DNA of 64,000 nt from a virus. Lineage: Duplodnaviria > Caudoviricetes. The notes beneath the pieces were generated by a model. It worked only from the letters and a program-made list of their open reading frames with translations, did no database searches and was not told where the DNA came from. The position numbers were made by a program, and so were the translations under genes. Shown here piece after piece: positions 36,723 through 46,600 of this stretch (position 1 is the stretch's first letter; each line of letters starts with the position of its first letter). Location of the stretch: positions 1 through 64,000 of IMG/VR virus record IMGVR_UViG_3300020577_008668, one strand, 5' to 3'.

Positions 36723-37208
36723 ATGGAAAAGGAAACTTGGGAAAATCCTACCCGATCGAACATTTGGATTAAGACGTTCGATCCGCAGCACAATCTTCGT
36801 TCTGAGCGAATTAAACCACAGGGAAAGATCGCTCTTTCTGTTGAGGAACGTCTCATTAATCAAGATTTGGCGTGGGACTCTAAGGACGACATTTTTAAGA
36901 ATGGAACACTGGTACCTATGCGACTGATTGAATCTGCTGAGGATTATGCTGAACACGCTAATAATCCTAATAACCTGTCGGAATCTGACATGGTTGCTCT
37001 ATTTAAACTAACTGCTGCAAAGTTCAAGGCTCGGTTGGAAGAGATTGAAAATGTGGCGGCTTTGGATCGTATTGTGAAGCTGTCTGAAACAGATGACGTT
37101 GGTGCCACGATGGCTCAGGTAAAAGCGGCCGCTGCTCGTTTGAATGAGGTAAGTCCTTCTCGGGTAGGTAAGCCTATCTTTAAAGAGGAGAAGATTACTC
37201 CCGGCTAA
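36723..37208 (+). CDS. Hypothetical protein (head region)
   Basis: 161 aa, SD GGAG. Confidence 0.7.
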   Translation: MEKETWENPTRSNIWIKTFDPQHNLRSERIKPQGKIALSVEERLINQDLAWDSKDDIFKNGTLVPMRLIESAEDYAEHANNPNNLSESDMVALFKLTAAKFKARLEEIENVAALDRIVKLSETDDVGATMAQVKAAAARLNEVSPSRVGKPIFKEEKITPG

Positions 37209-37255
37209 TGGGTCGTTAATAACCTGATTTATAGTTTCGTTTGGTAGGAGTAGGT

Positions 37256-37756
37256 ATGGCTTCTGTTGATTTAGCTGATTTAGTTCCCTCGTTAGAGTCC
37301 TCTTTGAGTATTCCCGGTTCTACTTCTCCGTACGCTAACGCTTCAGAGTCAGAATGGGTAGCTAAGCTGGTTAATGGATTTTGGGCTGCTGTATTAGATC
37401 AGGTCATTATAGGGTATACCTCTGATGAGGACGGAATGGTTTCTCAGGTTGATGGGGATGAGACCCTTTCGGGGGAACTGCAATATCTGATTGTCTTGTA
37501 TGCTTCGATGAATATTATTCGCAACCAGTTGATGCAGTTGAAAACAGTATTTAGGGCTAAGGCTGGTCCTGTGGAGTATGAGACTCAGCAGTCTGCTCAA
37601 GTTCTTAAGACTCTTTTGGATCAGTATATGGCTCAGAGGGATACTATTTTAGACAACTTAGCTAACAGTGCTCAGGTTTCCACCTATTATATTGATGCGG
37701 TACGTGCTAGAGACTACGCTATTCGTGATGGTATCTCTGCTTGGGCTGGTTACTGA
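37256..37756 (+). CDS. Head-to-tail adaptor candidate
   Basis: Helical, ...KAGPVEYE...; position. Confidence 0.55.
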   Translation: MASVDLADLVPSLESSLSIPGSTSPYANASESEWVAKLVNGFWAAVLDQVIIGYTSDEDGMVSQVDGDETLSGELQYLIVLYASMNIIRNQLMQLKTVFRAKAGPVEYETQQSAQVLKTLLDQYMAQRDTILDNLANSAQVSTYYIDAVRARDYAIRDGISAWAGY

Positions 37757-38214
37757 TGGCAACTCCTACTGATACTTCTTTCGGGTCTGATTTCGATGCA
37801 GCGTTGTTTCGAAGCGCTATTACTTCTACGATGGAGATGGGTTTACCGGGATCTTCTGAGCGGGCAACGTTTCTTTGGAAACCTGAACGAGACTTTGATA
37901 TAGAAGATAATGCTGGGAATCCTTACGACTGGACGTCTACTCCTACCTCTGAGGTGAACCATCCTGAGGTTCAAATCCCTGTGGCTGTTCAGCTTTCTAC
38001 TCGGGGAACGTTGTTCGATGGGACCCCGGTGGGGGAATTCAATCAGTTGAGGTTGTCTGTTACGGTTCTTGATGTTCATTACCCTCAGGTAGCTGATGCT
38101 GATGCTATCCGTTTCGATGATGCTATTTACGACATTTCTTTTTGGGAACCACCTCAAGGTTTGTTTGATGTAACGATTTATACTGCGCGGTGCGTAGCTC
38201 GGGACGAAAGCTGA
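37756..38214 (+). CDS. Head-tail stopper candidate
   Basis: Beta-rich, TGATG-coupled; position. Confidence 0.5.
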   Translation: MATPTDTSFGSDFDAALFRSAITSTMEMGLPGSSERATFLWKPERDFDIEDNAGNPYDWTSTPTSEVNHPEVQIPVAVQLSTRGTLFDGTPVGEFNQLRLSVTVLDVHYPQVADADAIRFDDAIYDISFWEPPQGLFDVTIYTARCVARDES

Positions 38215-38219
38215 TTTAT

Positions 38220-38741
38220 ATGTACGTTGGTGGTACACTTCACCGATTGGTCACTGATAACTTATTCAATATGGTCAATGACTCAATGAGGGACATTGGC
38301 TGGTTCAGTCCTGGTCGTAAGCATCAGTCCGTTAAGATGGTAGCTGAGTCAGTTGAGAATCGTGAAACTGTTGATTTTAACACTGTGGCTTTGAGCGATG
38401 AAGAGATTGACGGGGAGGATGTTGAGCTTGGTTCCACTTTGGAAGAGGTTCGATTTTCTTATTTTTGGGATATTTACGCTGAGTCTCGTGCGGTGGGTCA
38501 GCATCTTGCGGGGGATATTAGGGATATTCTAAAGGGGCGGTTTGGGACCATTGGCCGTGATAGTCCAACTTTGACAGTTTTGGATTTGACCCAAGCTTCT
38601 CCTATGGAGCTGTTTGTTGCTCAGATTGAGGATGTTGTGCAGGATCGAGCCCGAGTGTTTTTGAAACCGTTTCAGTCGAACTACTATACGGTAAGTTGTA
38701 GTGTGTTTTACGAGTATGAGTCTGATATTTTCGGTTACTGA
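38220..38741 (+). CDS. Tail terminator candidate
   Basis: WDIYAES...LAGDIRDILKG pattern; position. Confidence 0.5.
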   Translation: MYVGGTLHRLVTDNLFNMVNDSMRDIGWFSPGRKHQSVKMVAESVENRETVDFNTVALSDEEIDGEDVELGSTLEEVRFSYFWDIYAESRAVGQHLAGDIRDILKGRFGTIGRDSPTLTVLDLTQASPMELFVAQIEDVVQDRARVFLKPFQSNYYTVSCSVFYEYESDIFGY

Positions 38742-38756
38742 CAGGATTTTTGTGGG

Positions 38757-39917
38757 ATGCAGAAGTTTAGGTTTCACCTTTTAACTCTTCCTCATGTTTC
38801 AACAACCCGCAAGTTTACGCTTTGTGCTTACGAGAGTAAGTGTAGGCGGTTTGCTGACATGATGTCGGGTATGGGGCATGATGTCTTTTTGTATGGTGGT
38901 CCAGAAAATGATGCCCAGGTTACTGAGCACATTGTGGTCGCCTCCCAAAAGGATCAGGAAGAGTGGTTCGGTGACTATGATTGGAAGAGGGATTTTTTCA
39001 ATATTTCCTGGAATCCGAATGATGAGCACTGGAAAATAACTAACCAGCGTACTGTAGAAGAGATTAAGAAAAGAATTAAACCTAGAGACATCATTTTAGT
39101 TACAGCAGGTCTTTGTCAGAAGTCGGTGGCTGACGCTTTCCCTAATCACATTAGTACTGAGTGGACTATCGGGTATACGGGGACGTTCTCTAAGTATAGG
39201 GTGTTTGAGTCTTACCCTCATATGGCATATTGCTCAGGTTTAGCTAATGATGATAATGGATCTTTTTTCGATACGGTCATTCCTAACTTTTTCGATCCTG
39301 ACGAGTTTTCTACTCAGGAAGAGAAGGATGATTACTTTTTATTCATTGGTAGACTGATTCCACGTAAGGGTCCTGAGATCGCTGTAGAGGTCACTAAGCG
39401 TCTTGGGGCTAAACTTGTGATGGCAGGTCAGGGCGTCGCTTATACGGACCCTGGGAGGGTTGTGGCGACTGATGGGACAGTTTACGAGGGTGACCATATT
39501 GAGCATATTGGTTCCGTGGGGATAAGGGAACGGGCTGAATTGATGGGTAAGGCTCGTGCTACTTTTGTCCCAACCACCTATTTAGAGCCGTTTGGTGGGG
39601 TAAGTATTGAGTCTTTAATGTGTGGGACCCCGGTTATTGCCTCAAATTTCGGCTGCTTCCCAACAACTATTCAGCACGGACTGGATGGGTTTTTGTTTAG
39701 TACCATTGGTGAGGCTGTGTGGGCTGCTAAAAATGTTGAGTCTTTGAACTTTAAAGATATTGCTATTCGTGCCCGCAGGAATTATTCAACAGATCGAGTG
39801 AAGTGGCTCTATCAGTCATATTTCGAACAGTTGTTCACTTTATGGGATGATGGTTTTTACTCTGATTGGGATAACGGGATAAGGGAATATAGTAGGTATG
39901 TGAGGGATTATGGATAA
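38757..39917 (+). CDS. GT4 (GT-B) glycosyltransferase inside the neck module
   Basis: FLFIGRLIPRKG, EPFGGVSIESLMCGTPVIASNFG (EX7E). Confidence 0.92.
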   Translation: MQKFRFHLLTLPHVSTTRKFTLCAYESKCRRFADMMSGMGHDVFLYGGPENDAQVTEHIVVASQKDQEEWFGDYDWKRDFFNISWNPNDEHWKITNQRTVEEIKKRIKPRDIILVTAGLCQKSVADAFPNHISTEWTIGYTGTFSKYRVFESYPHMAYCSGLANDDNGSFFDTVIPNFFDPDEFSTQEEKDDYFLFIGRLIPRKGPEIAVEVTKRLGAKLVMAGQGVAYTDPGRVVATDGTVYEGDHIEHIGSVGIRERAELMGKARATFVPTTYLEPFGGVSIESLMCGTPVIASNFGCFPTTIQHGLDGFLFSTIGEAVWAAKNVESLNFKDIAIRARRNYSTDRVKWLYQSYFEQLFTLWDDGFYSDWDNGIREYSRYVRDYG

Positions 39918-40161
39918 GAGAAGTTTTTTAGGAAAACGTCGAGATAGGGCTATTGCTATCCTTCTTTCTTTTAAGGAAAAAGAAGTCGACCAGTTTCTTC
40001 CTGACGATGTTTCGTCTAAGTTGCGGCGTGAGATTTTAGATCAGTTTAATGAGGTTGTGGATACAGCATTCGATCTAATGTCTTCAGAGTCCGTATATAA
40101 TGAAGAGTTTATGACTCGATTTAATGATTTGTACAATTTCCTTATTGAGGAAGATGTGTAG
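39910..40161 (+). CDS. Hypothetical protein
   Basis: 83 aa, overlaps the GT4 stop. Confidence 0.65.
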   Translation: MDKRSFLGKRRDRAIAILLSFKEKEVDQFLPDDVSSKLRREILDQFNEVVDTAFDLMSSESVYNEEFMTRFNDLYNFLIEEDV

Positions 40162-40179
40162 TAGATCAATGGAGTCTTA

Positions 40180-40965
40180 ATGGCAGGGTATGATGACGTT
40201 TACTTTTCGAACATTGTTAATCTTGATGCCATTTTTGAAGAGGTTTTGAACGACGCCAAGTTTAAGTCATCTAAAGCTTTTCGTGCGTTTACTGAAGATT
40301 TTGCTTCTTCTGCTAAGAAACAGAAGTTAATGAAAGCAGTAAACCGTGATGTTGCTAAAAAGGCTCAGGATGCTGTTGTCGCAGCATACGATGCGTCTCA
40401 TCGGGGTAACCCTTCTTACCGGCATAACGACCCTAAGAGCAGAAGGCGTTCTAATGGGCGGATGAGGCGGGCTTTGACGCACAATAGGTTTGTTCAGTTT
40501 GATGAGCGGGGAATCTACTTTGCTTCTATTTCTCATTTGGACGAGCAGGCTGCTCAGTGGTATCGGTTGAACTTCGGAACTAAGCCTCGGAGTCAGAAGC
40601 GTGCTCCTGGGGTTGGGACCATGAAATTTTTCGGAAGAAAGGTTTCTGAAAGTGTTTCCCTTCGGGGGTATGGTCCTTCTGAGGCTTTCTCTATTCCTGG
40701 GACGATGATGTTTTCTTCTGAGTTTGTAGGTGGGGGCCGACCAGGGAAGTTTGTCGCTGCCGATGTGGGTCGTCGTGGTTTAGATGCTTTGTACTTTAGA
40801 AGAAGAACTGGAACGCTTTCTTCTCTGAGCCGAAAGGGCCTTTCAGCCGGAATTAGGGGTAGTCGATTTTTGGATGCTGGTCCTAAGTACATCAATGATC
40901 ATTATGGGCCGGAGGTGTCGAATGTTATTCGAACTTGGTTTGCTGAGGCTAAAAAGAAAATGTGA
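40180..40965 (+). CDS. Basic neck/tail-completion protein candidate
   Basis: Arg/Lys-rich, RGSRFLDAG end; upstream of the major tail gene. Confidence 0.5.
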   Translation: MAGYDDVYFSNIVNLDAIFEEVLNDAKFKSSKAFRAFTEDFASSAKKQKLMKAVNRDVAKKAQDAVVAAYDASHRGNPSYRHNDPKSRRRSNGRMRRALTHNRFVQFDERGIYFASISHLDEQAAQWYRLNFGTKPRSQKRAPGVGTMKFFGRKVSESVSLRGYGPSEAFSIPGTMMFSSEFVGGGRPGKFVAADVGRRGLDALYFRRRTGTLSSLSRKGLSAGIRGSRFLDAGPKYINDHYGPEVSNVIRTWFAEAKKKM

Positions 40966-41092
40966 TCATTTAATTTCTCGTTTTGTATCCGTAGTTTATT
41001 TAGGATACACACGACTAACAGTGTGTATATGATTTTACACACTGCCTCCGGGTAGTTGGAAATAAGAAAAGCTCTAACTATAGGAGGATTCC

Positions 41093-42361
41093 ATGAGTAT
41101 TCGTGGTTCACAAATTTTACATGACGTCAATGGTTTCGTCGTAGACCGCATTCAGACCGCAGGTCCGGGTGCTCTGAACATTCCTGAAGAGAAGGTTTAC
41201 GAGCTGGGTAACTTTGAGACTCTTGCCACTGTGCGAGATATTCCTGACCTAACGTTCTCGTTAAACAGCTTCGATGTTTCTTGCGAATTTGAGGCTCTTC
41301 TCAATGGTCTTAACCCTACTGCTCTTACAGCTAATCAGGAAATTGACTTTACTCATCACGTTCCGATCGACGTAATCTCTCCGTTCAAGTCTCGACGAGG
41401 GGCTTTTAACATCGTTAAGGGTGTCGCTGTTCCTTATCTCACCCTAGAGAAAGCTAGTTACACATACGGTCTTCGTCAGAACGCCGCCCAGGAGTTCAGT
41501 CTTCGCGGCGACTCCATTTATTACACCCAAGGCCAGCCTTACTACAAGGAGTTCAATAACACCGTAAATGGTGTCGGCCCCTACAACTTCGGGATGACTG
41601 CTGACGTTTACACTGAGGGAGCGAACACCCTTTACGCCCTGTGTGTTGTTCTCGTTAACTCTACAACTGGAGCCTACAAGCGTCTCTTCTATGATGCTTC
41701 AGGTGACTCTGGGTACAGCAACACTTCCACCTCAGTTACTCTAGCGACGAACGAATCAGCCGCTTACGACATCTGTCGCATCGTGTGGTCTTCGTCCTCT
41801 ACTACTGGCTCGTACACTCAGAATGGCAACAACCCTAACGGTCATGATGTTCATCAGAATGTGTCGGTGAAACCTGCTGCTGTTCGCCCGAAGGATATTG
41901 ACGTGTACATCGGCACCGCTGGAGCAACCCCAGTGTTTACCCGAATGAACTCAGTTCAGTCAGCCCAGGTGGATTGGTCAGTTACTCTTGAGAACGATGA
42001 AGAGTTTGGTAATGCACACTATGTCGTTTCAGACTATGACGTTCCTGAAGTAACCGGAACTATCGGGATCAAGCCTTTTGATCCTGCGGATCTTTTCCAT
42101 AAACTGGCTCAGATTACTGGTGTTCCTAGCAACGAAGTGATCGGACCGGAACTGACTACCCCGGTTCCTCTTGAAGTTCGGATCAACCACCCTGATACGG
42201 GTGCCCGCCTGAAGACGATCTATGTTCCTGACGCCCGATTCCAGGTGCCTGGTATGCAGGGTCAGGTTCAGACGAAGCTAGAGAACACCTTCAACTTCAC
42301 TTCTGATACGGGTGTTATGAAGGTTTACAACGGGAACGGTCCTGGAGGGGCTAACGCCTGA
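41093..42361 (+). CDS. Major tail (tube) protein
   Basis: 422 aa, SD GGAGG, biased codons, followed by a terminator, TAC and TMP. Confidence 0.75.
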   Translation: MSIRGSQILHDVNGFVVDRIQTAGPGALNIPEEKVYELGNFETLATVRDIPDLTFSLNSFDVSCEFEALLNGLNPTALTANQEIDFTHHVPIDVISPFKSRRGAFNIVKGVAVPYLTLEKASYTYGLRQNAAQEFSLRGDSIYYTQGQPYYKEFNNTVNGVGPYNFGMTADVYTEGANTLYALCVVLVNSTTGAYKRLFYDASGDSGYSNTSTSVTLATNESAAYDICRIVWSSSSTTGSYTQNGNNPNGHDVHQNVSVKPAAVRPKDIDVYIGTAGATPVFTRMNSVQSAQVDWSVTLENDEEFGNAHYVVSDYDVPEVTGTIGIKPFDPADLFHKLAQITGVPSNEVIGPELTTPVPLEVRINHPDTGARLKTIYVPDARFQVPGMQGQVQTKLENTFNFTSDTGVMKVYNGNGPGGANA

Positions 42362-42377
42362 TCGGCGTAGGTGGTGG

Positions 42378-42418
42378 GCCACTAGCGGGGAGGACGATCC
42401 TCTCCGCTAGTGGCTTTT
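42378..42418 (+). terminator. Intrinsic terminator after the major tail gene
   Basis: GCCACTAGCGG...CCGCTAGTGGC followed by TTTT. Confidence 0.8.
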
Positions 42419-42473
42419 AGCAGGGTTAGTGGTGTTATACTTTGGAGAAATCCATTAGGGCACAGGAGTTATC

Positions 42474-43265
42474 ATGGCTAATGTTCGTACTTTGAAGCGT
42501 CGTCGTCTTTCTGATCTTTATGTCACAGGTACAGAGGTGTCTGTAGGTGACGGTCAGGGGGAAGATGTGAAGGTTTGGGTTTCTAAGATATCTCCGATGG
42601 AGCGTCGGATTGCGGTAGAAGAAGCCGCTAAGCCTAGAGCTAAGACTTTAGCTTTGAAGAAGCTTCCAGATGAGTCACCTGAAAAGCTTCGGTTTATTGA
42701 TCAGATTAACGATTACGTGGGTGAAGATCGTGATGGTCTTGTTTCTTTCCTTATGGGTCCTCGCCTTTATGAGCTTGAGGTCTCAGCTCAGGAACGCATT
42801 GCTGCTGAAGATAAGTGGGCTGAGAAAGATTATCTAACTGGCCTTAATCAGGCGTGGCGTGACGAGATGTATGACCGTTACATGGCTGATAATGACGATA
42901 AGGAAGCTAAGCGAGTTTTTGAAGAACTTAAGGCGTTTACTGACGAAGTAGACGCTTCTCTCGAAGAAGAAAAAGAGTCCCTGAAGGAAACGTTTGACGT
43001 CTTCTCTGATGAGGAACTTAACTCCAAGGCTCTCAACCAGTTGATTGATACTGAAGCTGATTTCGTTTGGATGAATGAGCTGCGTCGACAAGAACTTTTC
43101 TTTGCTGTGCGTGAACCTGAAGATCATAAGAAGCGTTACTTTGAAGACCGTGAAGAGGTCGATATGATCGAGGAAGAGGTGTTTACGCAGCTTCTAACAG
43201 CCTACCTTGAAGTAAGTGTAGATACAGTTGAGGGAAAAGACTCGGAGGAGACCCCCAGTTCGTAA
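42474..43265 (+). CDS. Tail assembly chaperone (G)
   Basis: Acidic, between the tail tube gene and TMP; slippery site near its end. Confidence 0.8.
   Translation: MANVRTLKRRRLSDLYVTGTEVSVGDGQGEDVKVWVSKISPMERRIAVEEAAKPRAKTLALKKLPDESPEKLRFIDQINDYVGEDRDGLVSFLMGPRLYELEVSAQERIAAEDKWAEKDYLTGLNQAWRDEMYDRYMADNDDKEAKRVFEELKAFTDEVDASLEEEKESLKETFDVFSDEELNSKALNQLIDTEADFVWMNELRRQELFFAVREPEDHKKRYFEDREEVDMIEEEVFTQLLTAYLEVSVDTVEGKDSEETPSS
43232..43238 (+). promoter_or_regulatory. -1 programmed frameshift site G GGA AAA
   Basis: X XXY YYZ pattern in frame; the -1 frame stays open through 43570. Confidence 0.85.
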
Positions 43266-43570
43266 GGGCGGTCTCTTTAGATAAGCATAGTTTTTTTCAA
43301 GATAAACCGTTCGATGTTATTGCTGTAGATCTTTTTGAGGCTATCTCTCAGGCTGAACGTATTGCATCTTGGCAGGAAAACCTGATGGATGATGAGATGC
43401 CTCCGCGGTGGATGTGGCATCTTGACTGGGAGCTAGAGCAGCATTTTGCTTTAGTGAAGTCAAGGCGTGCCGCAAAGTACAGTAGTAGTCCTGATGAGGA
43501 AGAGTACGAGAATACGGATGAGAACTCCTCTTGGAATGAGAACGTTTTTGCTAGTAGATTCCAGGAGTAA
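43238..43570 (+). CDS. Tail assembly chaperone GT extension (frameshift product)
   Basis: -1 frame reads RLGGDPQFVRAVS...WQENLMDDEMPPRWMWHLD... Confidence 0.75.
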   Translation, partial: RLGGDPQFVRAVSLDKHSFFQDKPFDVIAVDLFEAISQAERIASWQENLMDDEMPPRWMWHLDWELEQHFALVKSRRAAKYSSSPDEEEYENTDENSSWNENVFASRFQE

Positions 43571-43609
43571 TTCCGTTATCTAATATAGCTGAAGGAATTG
43601 CGAGGGGTT

Positions 43610-46600
43610 ATGGCCGAAGATTTTCTAATCAGAGTTGGTGTTGATTATTCTGCGGCTGTTAGAGATACTCGACGGTTTCAAAAAGAGATTGAAGGCATTC
43701 TTGCTCGCACAGCTTCTTCTCAGGGTCGTCCGGCTACAGCTCAGATAGCTGCGCAGTCACAGGCTGCGGGGTCCAACTATTCTCGTGAACTTGCTGGGAT
43801 TCAACGTTCTCTTGAAACGTTAGTTACTCAATCTGCTCGGCAGCAGGATCGTCTTTTTGCTGTCTTGTCAACAAGTTCACGTAACCAACCTGTTGTGCAG
43901 GTTGTTCAGTCTCGTGTTCAGACGGCTTCTATTCCTCCTCGATCTGCTCCACCTACCCCTGTGGGGGGTGCTGTTTCTGTGTCAGCGATCGGTGCGGGTG
44001 ACCGAGCGTTGCGTCGCCAGCAGTCGGCTATTGAGCGGGCTGCTGTTATTGCTGAGACAAGGAATGTTCAGGCGTCAGCTTTTGCAGCTCGTGAACAGAA
44101 ACTTCAGAACGAGATTCTTCGGGCTCGGGCTATCGAATTGCAGGGTATCCAGCAACGCATAACGGAAAATGCCGTTTCTCAACCTGTTACGGCTTCTATC
44201 CCTCGTGTGGCTCAGGTGGCTCATTCTGCCCCTGTTCCAGTTATTCCTCAGGCTCCATCTGCTCCGATGGTAGTCCCTCGGGCTCCTGTGGTCAGGGCTT
44301 TGCCTGCCGCTCCTCAAAGTCGCCCTATTCTAGATTTCTCTGTTCAACTAGCGGCTATTCAAAAGCAATTTTTAGCTAACCAACAACAGCTAGTTCAGTC
44401 TGGTTCGTCCCAGGTTAGGTCTCGTGTTCATCAACCCGGATTTTTTGATGCTGAACCTGAGCTTCCTAAGAGATTAGGTGATCCGCAATTTCTTGGCTAT
44501 CCTTCTGTGCCGAGGGGCCAGCCTCTGTCTCTGCAACAGCGGCTAGATGTCCAGTTGGATCGGTCGAGAATTTATCGCTCTAACCTTCCCCACATTGAAG
44601 GTCTTCTTAATACCCCTGAATTCAGGGAGTCATTTACTGCTCCGATGAGAGGTTTGTTTAAGGGGCTTTTCAACTTTTTCCCTCAAGCAGTTTCTAACGT
44701 TAACGCCATTACAGCTCGTCCGTCTTCTTCATCAGGTACCTATGATGACGTGAGTGGGGTTTTGAACGTCGATCCGAGAATGTCTGTTCATGGGTCTAGA
44801 ACGACAGTAGAAGAGTCTCTAGCAGGAACGTTGCGGACAGTTCAGGCGTTTGCGACTAAGGATATTTTTGGAACAGCTGTTCATGAATTCGGCCATGCTG
44901 TTGATTCTTTAAGGAGAAGCGGGGCAAGGTCTGACCAGTCTCTTGCTCGTCTGCTTCATTTGCCTGCCTTTACGGATTCGATTCGTGGCAGTATATCTGG
45001 GTACGCTACTACGAATCCGGGTGAGCTTTTTGCTGAATCCTTTGCCTCTGTACTGAGGGGCGCTGGTAGTCCGATGGCTTTCAGGGCTGTGCAAGATAAC
45101 CTTGGTCCTCAAGATGATCGGTTGTTAGCTCGTCGTCGTCAGGCGTTGGATGATTTGATTCATCGTCAGCGGGTTGAGATTTCTTCCCCTCCTTCTTCTC
45201 CTAAGATTTTTGATTGGGCAGAGGACGTGTCTGGTCTAGCTAGACGTCAACGGCCGATAGGTCAGGGCACTGCTACTGGTGGGTCTAGCGGACTTCCTCC
45301 GATTCCTCCCCGAACTGATGTTGGTGCTGGTAGTGGGGATGATGACGAAATCCGTCGTCAAAAGCAGCAGTACCTAAGCTACTTGAGGCAGCTCACAGAG
45401 CAAACAAAACGAGCCTTGGTAGCGGGTGAGGATACTACGCCTCATCTTTCGAAGCTGAAGAGACTGGTTGATGCGGCGGAGGCCCATGCGGCAGGTAATC
45501 TCACAGGGTTCCGTCAGAACGTTATGTCCGTTATTCCTCCAGGGAATGAACGGGCTAAGTACATGCTTAGCAAAGCTCCTTTTGGTAGAGAAGGGTGGGA
45601 TCAGTCACTAGTAAGGGACATTGTTCAGCAACGTAGGGCGCTTTCGGCTGCACCTGTACCGATCGCTATAGGTGGACCGGTATGGAGTAGCGTAGAAAGA
45701 AATCGTCGTTCTTCGAGAGATGCTGTTCAGAGGCTTATTCCTCCGGGGAAGATTCGAACAAAGTATCTACTTGGAAAAGATCCATTTAAGTTAGGATCTT
45801 TAGATAATAACATAGAGCATCCTAAGGGAGCGGCGAACGAAGAAGCTCGTGCTGCTATAGCTACAGAGCAGATTCGCAGAGACCTTCAAGAGAATCTGGT
45901 CCCTGAGCTTCCAGCCTCAAGTCCCTATAGGGGGGCACAGTATGAGCGGGGGGTTCGTTCCCGTGAGAAGCAGGCTGCTATTGCTGACTTGCGGCGTGAA
46001 CGTCAAGAGCAGCTTCGGTTAAGTCAGGTAGCCGAAGCTCAGGCTGAAGAAACAGACTTTACTTGGAAAAAAATCGGGGAAGGGAAACACGGTGTACTTT
46101 ACAAAGGTGAACCTATTCCTGGTGTGCGAGTTCGTCGGGTTTACGATGAGGAAGGGAACGTTTCAGGAACAGCCCTAGACTCCCCTGAGGGCACTCGGGT
46201 CTTTAGCGGAAGAAATACAGTTGGTCAAGCTAAGCGTGTTGCTGAACAACTATCTTCTACTTTTGATTCTGTAGGAAAAATACAAGAGGGGTTAACTCAA
46301 AAAGCTGAGCGGGTAGCTAGTTTTAAGTCTGATACTAGTGAGGTTGCGGAAGCTGCTCTTAAACGTGTTAGCGGAGGAAGGTTTGCCGCTGACATAGATC
46401 AGCATGTATTGGGAAACAAGACTCTTCAGGGTTCCGAGACTGTAAGCGACGCTGATCGTAAAATCGCCGCTGAAGCTAGACGCCGAAATGCTGAGCAGGA
46501 GTTAATTAATAGAGGCCGGTTGGACTTGATCCCGAAGTCGCGCAGAGCTTCGTATGGTATTGGGGAAGAGTCTGGTAACCTAACTTCATCTGAACAGTTG

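Noticed and set aside
46067-46108. KKIGEGKHGVLYKG in the TMP cargo resembles a Ser/Thr kinase glycine-rich loop
   Set aside because: No downstream VAxK, HRD or DFG motifs, so it is most likely coincidence or a tiny remnant
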